A stretch of DNA of 62,189 nt from Burkholderiales bacterium. Its GTDB lineage: Bacteria > Pseudomonadota > Gammaproteobacteria > Burkholderiales > Ga0077523. The notes under the pieces were generated by a model. It was given only the letters and a program-made list of their open reading frames with translations. It searched no databases and was not told the DNA's origin. The stretch is from assembly GCA_044339985.1 (NCBI GenBank), contig JBIIUM010000003.1, positions 1 to 62,189 of the forward strand, in the 5' to 3' direction. The position numbers and the translations under genes are program-made. Shown here one piece after another: positions 1-10,077 of this stretch (position 1 is the stretch's first letter; each line of letters opens with the position of its first letter).

Positions 1-872
1 CGCGCTGCAGCCGCCTCCTTCTCGCGAAGCCGATGGGCCTCCTCCTCTTCGCGCTGGCGAATCTGGTCCTCTTGCTCGCGCTTGCGCGCCGACTCAGCCT
101 CTTGCTCGCGCTTGCGCGCCGACTCAGCCTCTTCCTCGCGACGCCTCTGTGTTTCCAACTCCTCGCGTTGCCTGCGTGCGCCCTCCCTTTGACGACGCTC
201 GAGTTCCACCGTCAAGGCACGCTCCGCTCGCTCGCCCGCCCACTTATCCTCAGCAATACGAGCCTTGCCCTCTTCGGCAAAACGAACCCTCGATTGCTCG
301 TCGGACTTGACCATGAGCTCGGCGACCTTTGGCAAACGGCTTGCGGCCGCGACCCCCAGCGTGGACTGCAACGCGAGGTCAGCACGCGCTTCGCCGGTCT
401 CACTCGCGAGCCCCACGGATTGCTCTTGAGCACGCTTACCGACGTTGCCACTCACGCGTTCACGAGGGTCGTCCGTCAAACGAAGCCTCGCCGCCGGTGC
501 CTTGCTACTTGCGGGCCCTGAAGCTTCCGAACTTGCGGGGGATGCCGGCGGGAGACCCGGATGGACGAGGACGTTGGTGAAGTCGAGGTCGTTGTCGTCG
601 ACGGATTGCTCTGCCGGGGGGCGCCGGAGGGGTTCGCCCCCACCCCCTGAACGCGGCACTTCCTTGATAAGGCCACGTTCGGAGAGCAAGCGAACCTGAA
701 GCAGAAGGGCCTTGACGGCGCCAGGCCCGAGCTGCACGCCGAGCTCGCCAAGAGTCCGCTTTCCATCAATGAGCCCGAGGACTTTATGGAGTTCCTTCGG
801 AAGGGTCGCGGACCGATCCCTGAACTCGAAGAGCCCCTTGGCAGTCCTGGCAAAAACTGTCGACTTATCCAT
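1..872 (-). CDS. Hypothetical protein, truncated at window edge; N-terminal wHTH-like domain followed by a Pro/Ser linker and a charged coiled-coil (TolA-like) region
   Basis: Missing from the ORF track because there is no stop in the window. Hand translation from ATG 872: MDKSTVFARTAKGLFEFRDRSATLPKELHKVLGLIDGKRTLGEL...EEEAESARKREQEAESARKREQEDQIRQREEEEAHRLREKEAAA, open to position 1. The + ORF 33..521 is its antisense shadow. Confidence 0.8.
   Translation of the reverse strand, partial: MDKSTVFARTAKGLFEFRDRSATLPKELHKVLGLIDGKRTLGELGVQLGPGAVKALLLQVRLLSERGLIKEVPRSGGGGEPLRRPPAEQSVDDNDLDFTNVLVHPGLPPASPASSEASGPASSKAPAARLRLTDDPRERVSGNVGKRAQEQSVGLASETGEARADLALQSTLGVAAASRLPKVAELMVKSDEQSRVRFAEEGKARIAEDKWAGERAERALTVELERRQREGARRQREELETQRRREEEAESARKREQEAESARKREQEDQIRQREEEEAHRLREKEAAAA
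68..133. repeat. 30-bp perfect tandem repeat (about 2.2 copies) encoding EAESARKREQ
   Basis: cctcttgctcgcgcttgcgcgccgactcag at 68-97 and 98-127, partial copy at 128-133. Confidence 0.9.
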
Positions 873-1044
873 TGCCCTTTAGGTCAGTTAGGCACAACCG
901 ATCCCGGGGAACATGAACCGCCGCCTCTCCTGGTTTCGACCCGCAAATGCCGGTCGAAACCTGGGTTGCGCCTACAAAAGATATGACCGCCAAACCGGTG
1001 CCTTCCGGACCGGTGGACTCCGCTCCACCACCGATACCCTTGAT

Positions 1045-2466
1045 CTAGTCAAGCGCCTTGACGATATCTTCCACGACTTTCTTGGCATCGCCGAATACCA
1101 TCATAGTCTTGTCAAGGTAGAACAGCGGGTTGTCCAACCCCGCGTAGCCTGAGGCCATCGATCGCTTGTTGACAATCACCGTGCGCGCCTTGTGGGCTTC
1201 CAGGATGGGCATCCCATAGATCGGGCTGCCTTTGACCTCGGCAAGCGGATTCACCACATCGTTTGCTCCTAGCACCATGACCACGTCGGTAGTGCCGAAA
1301 TCGCTGTTTATGTCCTCCATTTCCAGCACCTGGTCGTAGGGAATCTCGGCTTCCGCAAGCAACACGTTCATATGCCCGGGCATCCGGCCCGCCACCGGGT
1401 GAATGGCGTAGCGAACGGTGACACCCTTTTCCGTGAGCTTCGCAGCCATCTCCTTGACAGCATGCTGGGCCCGTGCGACTGCGAGTCCGTAACCCGGGAC
1501 GATGATCACAGAGTCGGCGTTGGACATGACGAAGGCCGCGTCGTCCGCACTGCCCGATTTGACGGTCTTTTGCTCTGCTCCACTGGCAACCGTGGACGTT
1601 TCTCCGCCGAACCCTCCCAGGATGACGCTGAAGAAGGAGCGATTCATCGCCTTGCACATGATATACGAGAGGATTGCCCCTGAAGAACCCACCAGGGAAC
1701 CCGCAATGATCAGCATGGAGTTGTTGAGCGAAAACCCGATACCTGCAGCAGCCCAGCCAGAGTACGAATTCAACATGGACACCACGACCGGCATGTCCGC
1801 CCCGCCAATGGGAATGATGATGAGGACACCAAGCACGAAGGCCAGGGCGAGCATGAAGAAGAAGGCCGCCCAGTTCTCGGTGAACATGAAGGCGAGACCA
1901 AGCACCACCGTGACCGTCCCGAGCAAAAGATTTACCAGGTGCTGACCTGAAAAAACCACTGGCGCACCCTGGAAAAGACGGAATCTGTACTTGCCCGACA
2001 GCTTGCCGAAAGCGATCACCGACCCGCTGAAGGTGATGGCACCAATGGCCGCCCCGAGGAACAGTTCCAGGCGATTTCCAACGGGGATTGATTCCTCGTG
2101 CCCTCTCGTGATTCCAAAGGCGTACGGCTCCGCCACCGCCGCCACTGCGATGAACACCGCAGCCAAGCCGATCATGCTGTGCATGAAAGCCACCAGCTCG
2201 GGCATCTTGGTCATCTCCACCCGCTTGGCCATCACTGCACCAGCGCCGCCACCAACCACCAGGCCGGCGAGCACATAGCCCAGCCCTGGGCCCGCATTAC
2301 TGTGCGAGGCGATGAGTGCCGCGGTAGTCAGCACGGCAATGGCCATGCCGGCCATGCCGAAGGCATTGCCGCGGCGCGAAGTGGTGGGGTGGGAAAGACC
2401 CTTGAGCGCCTGGATGAACAATACCGACGCCACCAAGTAGAGAAGCGTTACGACGTTCATGCTCAT
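1045..2466 (-). CDS. pntB: NAD(P) transhydrogenase subunit beta
   Basis: Multiple TM helices; MPELVAFMHS, GGADMPVVVSMLNSYSG, HPVAGRMPGHMNVLLAEA, GANDVVNP motifs. Confidence 0.97.
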   Translation of the reverse strand: MSMNVVTLLYLVASVLFIQALKGLSHPTTSRRGNAFGMAGMAIAVLTTAALIASHSNAGPGLGYVLAGLVVGGGAGAVMAKRVEMTKMPELVAFMHSMIGLAAVFIAVAAVAEPYAFGITRGHEESIPVGNRLELFLGAAIGAITFSGSVIAFGKLSGKYRFRLFQGAPVVFSGQHLVNLLLGTVTVVLGLAFMFTENWAAFFFMLALAFVLGVLIIIPIGGADMPVVVSMLNSYSGWAAAGIGFSLNNSMLIIAGSLVGSSGAILSYIMCKAMNRSFFSVILGGFGGETSTVASGAEQKTVKSGSADDAAFVMSNADSVIIVPGYGLAVARAQHAVKEMAAKLTEKGVTVRYAIHPVAGRMPGHMNVLLAEAEIPYDQVLEMEDINSDFGTTDVVMVLGANDVVNPLAEVKGSPIYGMPILEAHKARTVIVNKRSMASGYAGLDNPLFYLDKTMMVFGDAKKVVEDIVKALD

Positions 2467-2777
2467 TTGCCGCTCTCCCCGCCCTTACGTTCCTTCTTCT
2501 TGAACATCTCCAGCATGCGGCGAGTCACGAGGAATCCGCCGAACACATTGACCGCCGCGAGCGCTACGGCGAGCACGCCCATGGTCTTCCCGAGGCCGGT
2601 TTCAGTGAGCGCCGCAGCCAGCATGGCACCGACGATGACAATGGCCGAGATCGCGTTGGTCACCGCCATCAAAGGGGTATGGAGAGCAGGGGTGACATTC
2701 CAGACCACGTGGTACCCGACGTAGATGGCAAGCACGAAAATGGTGAGATTGATGACGGTGTGGCTGACGACTTCCAC
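2463..2777 (-). CDS. pntAB: NAD(P) transhydrogenase subunit alpha, part 2 (membrane)
   Basis: VTPALHTPLMAVTNAIS and NVFGGFLVTRRMLEMF motifs; overlaps pntB start. Confidence 0.95.
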   Translation of the reverse strand: MEVVSHTVINLTIFVLAIYVGYHVVWNVTPALHTPLMAVTNAISAIVIVGAMLAAALTETGLGKTMGVLAVALAAVNVFGGFLVTRRMLEMFKKKERKGGESGK

Positions 2778-2791
2778 GGCGCTTCTCCTGG

Positions 2792-3916
2792 CTAGACCTT
2801 GCGTGCGAGCTCGCCGCCCATGCAGGCGAGCGTTCCGGCGACAATCTCATCCTCTCGGTTGAGATTGAAAGCGCCACTCTTGACGTCCAGCATCAGGGCA
2901 AGGAAGTTGAAGAGGTTGCGGGCGTAAAGCGCACTTGCGTCGGCGGCCACGAGCGCGGGGATGTTGGCGACACCCAGGATGTTCACACCGTGCCTGACCA
3001 CGGTGGAGTCGAGTTCGGAAAGCGGACAATTGCCGCCTTGTTCCACCGCCATGTCCACGATCACCGAACCGGGACGCATGGTCTTCACCATGTCCTCGGT
3101 CACCAGAACGGGCGCAGGACGCCCGGGGATCAGTGCCGTCGTGATGACGATGTCCGCTTGCCGGATCCGCTCGGCAACCAGCTGTGCCTGACGCTTCTTG
3201 TAGTCCTCGCCCATGTCGCGGGCATAACCGCCCTGCCCCTTGGCCAGTTCTTTCTCCGCCTCCGTAAGTGGAACCTCGATGAACTTCGCTCCGAGGGATT
3301 CCACCTGCTCCTTGGTCTCAGGACGGACATCGGTAGCCTCAACAACGGCGCCCAGCCGCTTCGCGGTGGCGATGGCCTGCAGGCCAGCGACACCCACGCC
3401 CATCACCACGACTCGCGCGGCCTTGATGGTGCCCGCAGCCGTCATGAGCATCGGCATCAGCCGGCCGTAGGCGTTGGCCGCCATCAACACCGCCTTGTAG
3501 CCTGCAATGTTGGCCTGCGAGGACAGTACGTCCATGCTCTGGGCTCGCGAAATGCGCGGCAGCCATTCCATGGCGAAACCCGTCACGCCGGTGGCCGCCA
3601 GTGCCCGAAGGGCATCGGTCTTGTATGGCGCAAGCAACGCCACCAGAACCTGTCCCCCGCGCAGCAAAGACAGCTCGCCGTCCTGAGGCCCTCGGACCTT
3701 GAGGACAATGTCTGCGGCCCAGGCCTCGGCCGCGCCGGCCACCACGGTGGCGCCTGCGGCGGCAAAATCGCCATCCGAGATAGAAGACGACAGCCCCGCG
3801 CCTGCCTGGACCAACACCCGATGGTGCCCCCCAGCCAGGAGCTTCTTCACCGTCTCCGGGGTGGCTGCCACCCGGGTCTCACCCGACAACGACTCCGCTG
3901 GTATCCCGATTTGCAT
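2792..3916 (-). CDS. pntAA: NAD(P) transhydrogenase subunit alpha, part 1 (soluble dI)
   Basis: ETRVAATPETV, PRISRAQSMDVLSSQ, GVGVAGL Rossmann motif, TTALIPGRPAP. Confidence 0.96.
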   Translation of the reverse strand: MQIGIPAESLSGETRVAATPETVKKLLAGGHHRVLVQAGAGLSSSISDGDFAAAGATVVAGAAEAWAADIVLKVRGPQDGELSLLRGGQVLVALLAPYKTDALRALAATGVTGFAMEWLPRISRAQSMDVLSSQANIAGYKAVLMAANAYGRLMPMLMTAAGTIKAARVVVMGVGVAGLQAIATAKRLGAVVEATDVRPETKEQVESLGAKFIEVPLTEAEKELAKGQGGYARDMGEDYKKRQAQLVAERIRQADIVITTALIPGRPAPVLVTEDMVKTMRPGSVIVDMAVEQGGNCPLSELDSTVVRHGVNILGVANIPALVAADASALYARNLFNFLALMLDVKSGAFNLNREDEIVAGTLACMGGELARKV

Positions 3917-4069
3917 CCTGTCACCACCTCCATGATCGCGCTGCGCCGCTCACATTCGCCGCGCCTGCGTGCCCGACAAGGTGCCGCCGGGGAGCCGAAA
4001 GTAAGCTGCGTATTATATGTGTTGGCAAGCAAATCATGCACCACCAAGGAGCGCTGCCTATAATTGGGG

Positions 4070-5863
4070 ATGGCTTCGATTCGCTTGCTTCCCGACGCGC
4101 TAGTGGACCAGATCGCCGCAGGCGAGGTGGTGGAGCGCCCGGCCGCCGCCCTTAAGGAACTGTTGGAAAACAGCCTCGACGCCGGGGCTGGTGAAATCCT
4201 GGTCGCCATCGATGGCGGCGGCATCGAGCGCATTCGTGTTCAGGATGACGGGGCGGGTATCCCCCCGGCCGAACTGCCTCTCGCCCTCGCCCGGCACGCC
4301 ACGAGCAAGATCGCCAGCCTGGGTGATCTGGAGTCCGTGGCAAGCCTTGGCTTTCGCGGCGAGGCGCTCGCCAGCATCGCCTCCGTATCGCGGCTTTCTC
4401 TCACAAGCCGTCGCGCGGAGGAACGCCATGCCTGGCAAGTGCAAGCCGAGGCGACCCATTGCGCCGCGCCGCAGCCTGCCGGTCTGGACCGAGGTACGGT
4501 CGTGGAGGTGTTGGACCTCTTCTACAACGTCCCAGCGCGCCGCAAGTTTCTCAGGACCGAGGCAACGGAATTCGCCCACGCCGAGGAAGCCTTTCGTCGC
4601 ATCGCCCTGTCGAGGCCCTCGGTGGCATTCGCGCTCAGTCAAGACGGCCGCACACGCCTGAGGCTGCCAACGCAGAGCGAAGCCGCGCGTTGCTCGGCTT
4701 TGCTCGGTGCTGAGTTTTCGGCGGCATGCCTGGCGGTGGACGAAACGGCAGGCCCGCTGCGCCTTCACGGTGCCGCTGGCCTGCCCGCCGTTGCCCGGGG
4801 CAGCCGCGACTCCCAGTACCTGTTCGTGAACGGCCGGTTCGTTCGCGACAAACTCCTCACCCATGCAGTTCGCGAAGCCTACCGCGACGTGCTGCACGGC
4901 GACCGCCATCCCGTCTACGCGCTGTTCCTGGACATCCCGCCAAACCTCGTGGACGTGAATGTCCACCCCACAAAGAGCGAGGTCCGGTTCAGAGAATCGC
5001 GCTCCGTTCATCAGTTTGTGTTGCATGCGGTGGAGCGGACCCTCGCCCGCAACCGCCCGGGAGAGACTGCACCAGCGCCCTTGGCTCCCCCCCAATGGCT
5101 GGGGCGGCTGGCGTCCACGGGGCGGCCCGAAACCCAGCAGAGCCCCCTTCACTTTCCCGCGGCGGAGCGCATTGGCTTCTACGACCGGCTGTTCGGTCAA
5201 CGCGCCAGTGCTCCGCAAGCCGATTCGGGCGGCACTACGCTTGCCGAGCGATCATCCGAGGAAGCGCCGCCGGAGGACGAACTTCCCCTGGGACATGCCC
5301 TTGCGCAATTCGCGGGCATCTACATCCTCGCCCAGAACCGTCACGGCCTGGTGGTGGTAGACATGCACGCTGCCCACGAGCGGGTCGTTTACGAACGGCT
5401 CAAAGCCGCGTTGGCGGGCAGCGGCGTGCCCACCCAGACTCTGCTGATTCCTGCCGCCTTTGTCGCCACGCCCCTCGAGGTGGCAACGGTACAAGAGTAT
5501 CGCGAGGAAATCGCCGCCATGGGCTTCGAGATGGCTGTCTCCTCGCCCACCAGTGTCGTGGTGCGCGCCGTCCCGATGCTCCTTCGCGATACCGACATCG
5601 CCGCGCTCGCCCGCGACCTTCTACGCGAGATCGCCGAGGTCGGGGTAAGCCGCGCCATCGCCGATCGACGTGACCACATTCTCGGCACCCTTGCCTGTCA
5701 CGGCGCGGTACGCGCCCACCGCGCGCTTACCCTTGCCGAGATGAACGCCCTGCTGCGCGACATGGAGGCAACGGAGCGCGGCGGGCAATGTAACCATGGC
5801 CGTCCCACCTGGCACCAATTCACCTTGGCGGATCTGGACCGGCTGTTCCTGCGGGGACGCTGA
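4070..5863 (+). CDS. mutL: DNA mismatch repair endonuclease MutL
   Basis: [30 protein letters not shown]-terminal [24 protein letters not shown] endonuclease motifs; ATG at 4070. Confidence 0.97.
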   Translation: MASIRLLPDALVDQIAAGEVVERPAAALKELLENSLDAGAGEILVAIDGGGIERIRVQDDGAGIPPAELPLALARHATSKIASLGDLESVASLGFRGEALASIASVSRLSLTSRRAEERHAWQVQAEATHCAAPQPAGLDRGTVVEVLDLFYNVPARRKFLRTEATEFAHAEEAFRRIALSRPSVAFALSQDGRTRLRLPTQSEAARCSALLGAEFSAACLAVDETAGPLRLHGAAGLPAVARGSRDSQYLFVNGRFVRDKLLTHAVREAYRDVLHGDRHPVYALFLDIPPNLVDVNVHPTKSEVRFRESRSVHQFVLHAVERTLARNRPGETAPAPLAPPQWLGRLASTGRPETQQSPLHFPAAERIGFYDRLFGQRASAPQADSGGTTLAERSSEEAPPEDELPLGHALAQFAGIYILAQNRHGLVVVDMHAAHERVVYERLKAALAGSGVPTQTLLIPAAFVATPLEVATVQEYREEIAAMGFEMAVSSPTSVVVRAVPMLLRDTDIAALARDLLREIAEVGVSRAIADRRDHILGTLACHGAVRAHRALTLAEMNALLRDMEATERGGQCNHGRPTWHQFTLADLDRLFLRGR

Positions 5864-6807
5864 TGCGGCGCGACTGGTCCGGCGAACCGCCGGTCCTATG
5901 CCTGATGGGACCGACCGCCAGCGGCAAAACCCGCGTGGCGCTGGCGCTGGCAGCGCGCTTTCCGGTTGAAATCGTGAGCGTCGATTCGGCGCTCGTATAT
6001 CGCGGGATGGACATCGGGACAGCCAAGCCCAGCCCTGTCGAACGCCTTGCTGCGCAACACCACCTGATCGACGTGGTGGAGCCCACCGAGAGTTACTCGG
6101 CGGCGCGCTTCGCTGACGACGCAGGCGCTCTCGTGGCCGACATCCACGCCCGTGGCTGCATCCCGCTGCTCACCGGTGGAACCATGCTGTACTTCAAGGC
6201 GCTGCGCGAAGGCCTGTCGGCGCTCCCGCCAGCCGATCAAGACATCCGGCTGGTGATCGATGCCATGGCCGCCGACCTGGGCTGGCCGGCGCTGCACGCC
6301 TCGCTCACCGCGCTGGACCCTGCAACCGGCGCGCGCCTTGATCCCGCCGACGCGCAGCGCATCCAGCGCGCCCTGGAGGTTTGCTGGCTCACGGGACGCC
6401 CCATGTCGGAACTGCTTGCCGAAGGACGACGGCGCCCGCCACCCTGGCGCATGCTTCAGATCAGCCTCGAGCCATCCGATCGACAGGAACTTCACCGGCG
6501 CATCGAGGCGCGCTTCGAGGAAATGCTTGAATTGGGATTGATCGGGGAAGTTGACCGGTTGCGTGGTAAACACCCGCTCCATGCGGGAATGCCGTCCATG
6601 CGTTGCGTGGGCTATCGCCAGGTATGGGAATACCTCGATGGCCTTTACGGCCTGAACAATCTGCGAGCGAACGCCGTGGCGGCCACGCGGCAACTCGCCA
6701 AACGGCAGTTGACTTGGCTGCGCACCACCCCGGGCGTGGAACGCTTCGACTGCCTCGCTCAAGACGTGGAGGCATGCGTGCTCGATCACGTGGCCGCGAC
6801 CCTCTAG
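5863..6807 (+). CDS. miaA: tRNA dimethylallyltransferase
   Basis: [42 protein letters not shown]; coupled to mutL. Confidence 0.97.
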   Translation: MRRDWSGEPPVLCLMGPTASGKTRVALALAARFPVEIVSVDSALVYRGMDIGTAKPSPVERLAAQHHLIDVVEPTESYSAARFADDAGALVADIHARGCIPLLTGGTMLYFKALREGLSALPPADQDIRLVIDAMAADLGWPALHASLTALDPATGARLDPADAQRIQRALEVCWLTGRPMSELLAEGRRRPPPWRMLQISLEPSDRQELHRRIEARFEEMLELGLIGEVDRLRGKHPLHAGMPSMRCVGYRQVWEYLDGLYGLNNLRANAVAATRQLAKRQLTWLRTTPGVERFDCLAQDVEACVLDHVAATL

Positions 6808-6823
6808 GGCCGCGGCCCGATCC

Positions 6824-7309
6824 TCAGGGCGCGCCAGCCAACCAGTCGGCGCCAGCCTTGGCCACCACGCCATCCTGTTGCGACGTCACTCCGGATACGC
6901 CGATCGCGCCAACCACCTGTCCGCGATAGAGAAGCGGCACGCCGCCCTCCAGGGGCAATGCCTGCTCGATGCCCAGGATGGCAGCGCGCCCCCCGGCAAT
7001 GGCGTCCTCGAACACCTTGGTGGGACGCTTGAAGCCCGCGGCAGTCCAGGCCTTTTGAATCGATACGTCCACACTGCCGTACTGGGTTCCGTCGAGCTTC
7101 TGCAACATGATGAGATGCCCCCCCTCGTCGACGACGGCGATCGACACGTTCCAGCCATTCTTGCGCGCCTCCGCCTCTGCCGCCGCCACCACCTGTTTTA
7201 CGGCTTCCAGCGATAGCGCTTTCTTGTCGAGCATTTCGGCCTGACCACTCAACCAGACGCAGGTCAGCAGCGAGCCAGCGACGAAACGAAGAAGGTTTTT
7301 CAAGGGCAT
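6824..7309 (-). CDS. GlcG/HbpS-family heme-binding protein with signal peptide
   Basis: IAVVDEGG, KAWTAAGFKRPT, GGVPL...VGAIGVSG; ATG 7309 preceded by GAGGAG. Confidence 0.85.
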   Translation of the reverse strand: MPLKNLLRFVAGSLLTCVWLSGQAEMLDKKALSLEAVKQVVAAAEAEARKNGWNVSIAVVDEGGHLIMLQKLDGTQYGSVDVSIQKAWTAAGFKRPTKVFEDAIAGGRAAILGIEQALPLEGGVPLLYRGQVVGAIGVSGVTSQQDGVVAKAGADWLAGAP

Positions 7310-7380
7310 CTCCTCGATAGCTTCAGGATTGACGGGGTTGAATCCTGAGCGTCGACGATACGCCTGCGGGGCTCCGTGCA

Positions 7381-8733
7381 TCAATCTTCGCTCGCCGACT
7401 CCACCCGTGCGGCGATGTGCCCCACTGCCAGTGTCACCACGATGGGTTCACCCGGTCGCAACGCCCCGGCCTCGGTGACGATGGCGCCCGTACCATCCCG
7501 CACCAGGGCGTAGCCGCGCTTCAGGACCGCCTCAGGATTGAGTTGGCCAAGCTGCGCGCCGAGGGCCGCCACGCGCAGCGCCCGGTCGCGCACTGCGCCG
7601 CCTGCCCCGCGACGCAGCGCCTCGCCAAGCGCAGCCAGCCTGGAAGCAAGCGGCGCAGTTCGAGGCCGCGCCAGGGAAAAACGATGGGCTGCATGGGAGA
7701 GCCGCACCTCGCGAGACCGGATATCGCGCGTCGCAGCCATCAGCAACCGCCGCCTAACTTGCCCGATCTGCTCCCGCCGGCGCGCGAGGCGCTCAGCCGG
7801 ATGACGCAGTCGACGCTGCGCCAGGTCCAGCCTCTGCAGACGCCGGTCCTGACCCTCTCTCCAGCGACCAGCCAAGGCACGGGCCAGAGCATCCAGGCGG
7901 CGACGCAGGGCGGCGCCGTCCGGGCTGGCAAGCTCGGCGGCGGCAGTGGGGGTCGGCGCGCGCGCGTCGGCGACGAAGTCCACGATGGTGAAGTCGGTCT
8001 CGTGTCCAATACCAGAGACCACAGGAATACACGAGGCGGCGACCGCGCGCGCCAACGCCTCGTCGTTGAATGCCCACAAGTCCTCGATACTGCCGCCGCC
8101 GCGGCACAGTATCAGCACCTCCGCCTCCCCGTGGGCGGCCGCCGCGGCGAGCGCCGCGGCGATCCGCGTCGCCGCACCTTCCCCTTGCACCGGCGTGGGA
8201 TACAGGATCACGCGCTGGGACGGCATGCGCCTGCGCAGCGTGCTGAGAACATCGCGCAGCGCCGCCGCCCGCGGGGAGGTGATCACCCCGACCACCCGCG
8301 CGAACGCTGGAATCGGGCGCTTGCGGGCGGGGTCGAACAAGCCCTCCATGGCCAGCTTGCGCTTGAGACGCTCGAAAGCCTCGTAAAGCGCCCCCAGGCC
8401 AGCCCGGCGCATGAAGTCCACGCCGAGCTGAAATTCACCACGTGGTTCGTAGAAGGAAGCGCTGGCACGGACTTCCACCTGGGCGCCATTAACCGGCTGC
8501 CAGTCGAGCAGTTGGGCCCGGCCGCGAAACATGACGCAGCGCACCTGCGCGGCTTCATCCTTGAGCGAAAAATAGCAGTGCCCAGAGGCCGCGCGCGTGA
8601 AGTTGGATATCTCGCCCCCAACCCATGTGAGCCCGAGCCCGCCTTCCACCAGTACGCGCACCCGGGCATTGAGCTCTGAGACGCTAAGGACGCCTCTTCC
8701 CTGCGAGGCAACACCATCGGGGACGTGTTCCAT
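7381..8733 (-). CDS. xseA: Exodeoxyribonuclease VII large subunit
   Basis: GEISNF..ASGHCYFSLKD, RGGGSIEDLWAFN, GHETDFT, PTPTAAAE, VLKRGYA; likely start ATG 8733. Confidence 0.96.
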   Translation of the reverse strand: MEHVPDGVASQGRGVLSVSELNARVRVLVEGGLGLTWVGGEISNFTRAASGHCYFSLKDEAAQVRCVMFRGRAQLLDWQPVNGAQVEVRASASFYEPRGEFQLGVDFMRRAGLGALYEAFERLKRKLAMEGLFDPARKRPIPAFARVVGVITSPRAAALRDVLSTLRRRMPSQRVILYPTPVQGEGAATRIAAALAAAAAHGEAEVLILCRGGGSIEDLWAFNDEALARAVAASCIPVVSGIGHETDFTIVDFVADARAPTPTAAAELASPDGAALRRRLDALARALAGRWREGQDRRLQRLDLAQRRLRHPAERLARRREQIGQVRRRLLMAATRDIRSREVRLSHAAHRFSLARPRTAPLASRLAALGEALRRGAGGAVRDRALRVAALGAQLGQLNPEAVLKRGYALVRDGTGAIVTEAGALRPGEPIVVTLAVGHIAARVESASED

Positions 8734-8869
8734 GGCGAATCGATTGTAGGCACGAAACGGGCTAGATGGCGCGGCGGAGCAACCCTCATGCCCCATGCGC
8801 GTTGCCCATGAAAAAGGCATGACAGGGAAATCCATTGCCCGTGCTCGACTTACCGCCGCTATCGACAGG

Positions 8870-8904
8870 CTGTTCACAGCCTTATCCACAGACTTTGTGG
8901 ACAG
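8870..8904. promoter_or_regulatory. Cluster of DnaA-box-like 9-mers
   Basis: Perfect TTATCCACA 8882-8890; inverted TGTGGACAG 8896-8904; degenerate CTGTTCACA 8870-8878. Confidence 0.55.
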
Positions 8905-8997
8905 CCGGAAGCCTCCGCGCAGGAATCTTCGCTCCATTGCGGCAACTTGCAGGTGTCGCTAAAGTGTGGACCCTTCACCTGCAAGGAATCAGCAGTC

Positions 8998-9609
8998 GTG
9001 CTGGCAATCATCGATGCGGCCGGATGGCCGATCTGGCCGATCATCGCGGCCTCTATCGTTTCTCTTGGCATCATCGGAGAACGCGCCTGGACCCTGCGGG
9101 GCAAGATGGTCGCTCCTCCAGGGCTGTTTTCCGAAACGATCCGCGACTACCGGTCCCAGGGCGTAACCCCGGAGTTGTTGTCCCGACTTGCGCAAGGCTC
9201 GCCACTGGGGCGGATTTTCGCTGCGGGGCTACGGCATGTTCGCAGCCCCCGCGAGGTCATGCGAGATGCCATCGAGGAAGCCGGGCGAGCCGCTTCGCGG
9301 GATCTGGGCCGCTTTCTGACCACCCTGGGCACCATCGCCACAATGGCGCCGCTGCTGGGTCTGCTGGGCACCATCATCGGCATGATTGAGATTTTCGGTG
9401 CTCAGGCTCCCACCGGAATGGCAAACCCGGCACAACTCGCCCGGGGTATTTCCGTGGCGTTGTACAACGCGGCGTTTGGCATCATCGTGGCCGTGCCGAG
9501 CCTGGTCTTCCATCGGCACTTCCGGGCCAGGGCCGATGAACTCGTGGGAGACCTGGAGCAACAAGCGGTAAAGCTCGTTGAGGTGGTTCACGGGGACCGG
9601 TCCCCTTGA
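8998..9609 (+). CDS. exbB: MotA/TolQ/ExbB proton channel protein
   Basis: LGTIATMAPLLGLLGTIIGMI, GISVALYNAAFG; GTG start at 8998 after AAGGA. Confidence 0.9.
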   Translation: MLAIIDAAGWPIWPIIAASIVSLGIIGERAWTLRGKMVAPPGLFSETIRDYRSQGVTPELLSRLAQGSPLGRIFAAGLRHVRSPREVMRDAIEEAGRAASRDLGRFLTTLGTIATMAPLLGLLGTIIGMIEIFGAQAPTGMANPAQLARGISVALYNAAFGIIVAVPSLVFHRHFRARADELVGDLEQQAVKLVEVVHGDRSP

Positions 9610-9628
9610 TGGCCGAGGAAATCGCACG

Positions 9629-10045
9629 ATGAACTTTCGCCGCACGGGCGGCCGGGACGAACCCGAAATCAACCTCGTCCCCTTCATCGACGTTCTGCTG
9701 GTCGTGGTGATCTTCCTGGCCGTGACCACCACCTACTCTCGTTTCTCCGAACTGCAGATCGATCTGCCTTCGGCTGACGCTGCCAAGGCCAAGGAAAAAC
9801 CGGGACAAATCAGCGTTGCAGTCACTGCAGCCGGAGGTTATGTGGTGGAACGTACGCCCATCACCTTCAGTTCGCTTCGCGCCCTGACCACCGAATTGCA
9901 ACGGGCCGCCTCTGGCAACGAGGATCCGGTGGTGGTGATCAACGCCGACGCCAAGGCACCCCACCAGGCCGTCATTCGTGTCCTTAACGCGGCCCAGATG
10001 GCCGGCTTTGGGCGCGTGACCTTCGCCGCGCAAAACGAGCAGTAG
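9629..10045 (+). CDS. exbD: ExbD/TolR family protein
   Basis: EINLVPFIDVLLVVVIF, INADAKAPHQAVI. Confidence 0.9.
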   Translation: MNFRRTGGRDEPEINLVPFIDVLLVVVIFLAVTTTYSRFSELQIDLPSADAAKAKEKPGQISVAVTAAGGYVVERTPITFSSLRALTTELQRAASGNEDPVVVINADAKAPHQAVIRVLNAAQMAGFGRVTFAAQNEQ

Positions 10046-10077
10046 CCGGGCTGACCTCCGGCGCTGCCGCCGCATTC

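Noticed and set aside
8740..8990. Possible oriC at the DnaA boxes
   Set aside because: Only three boxes, no AT-rich unwinding element, and no dnaA/dnaN/gidA context.
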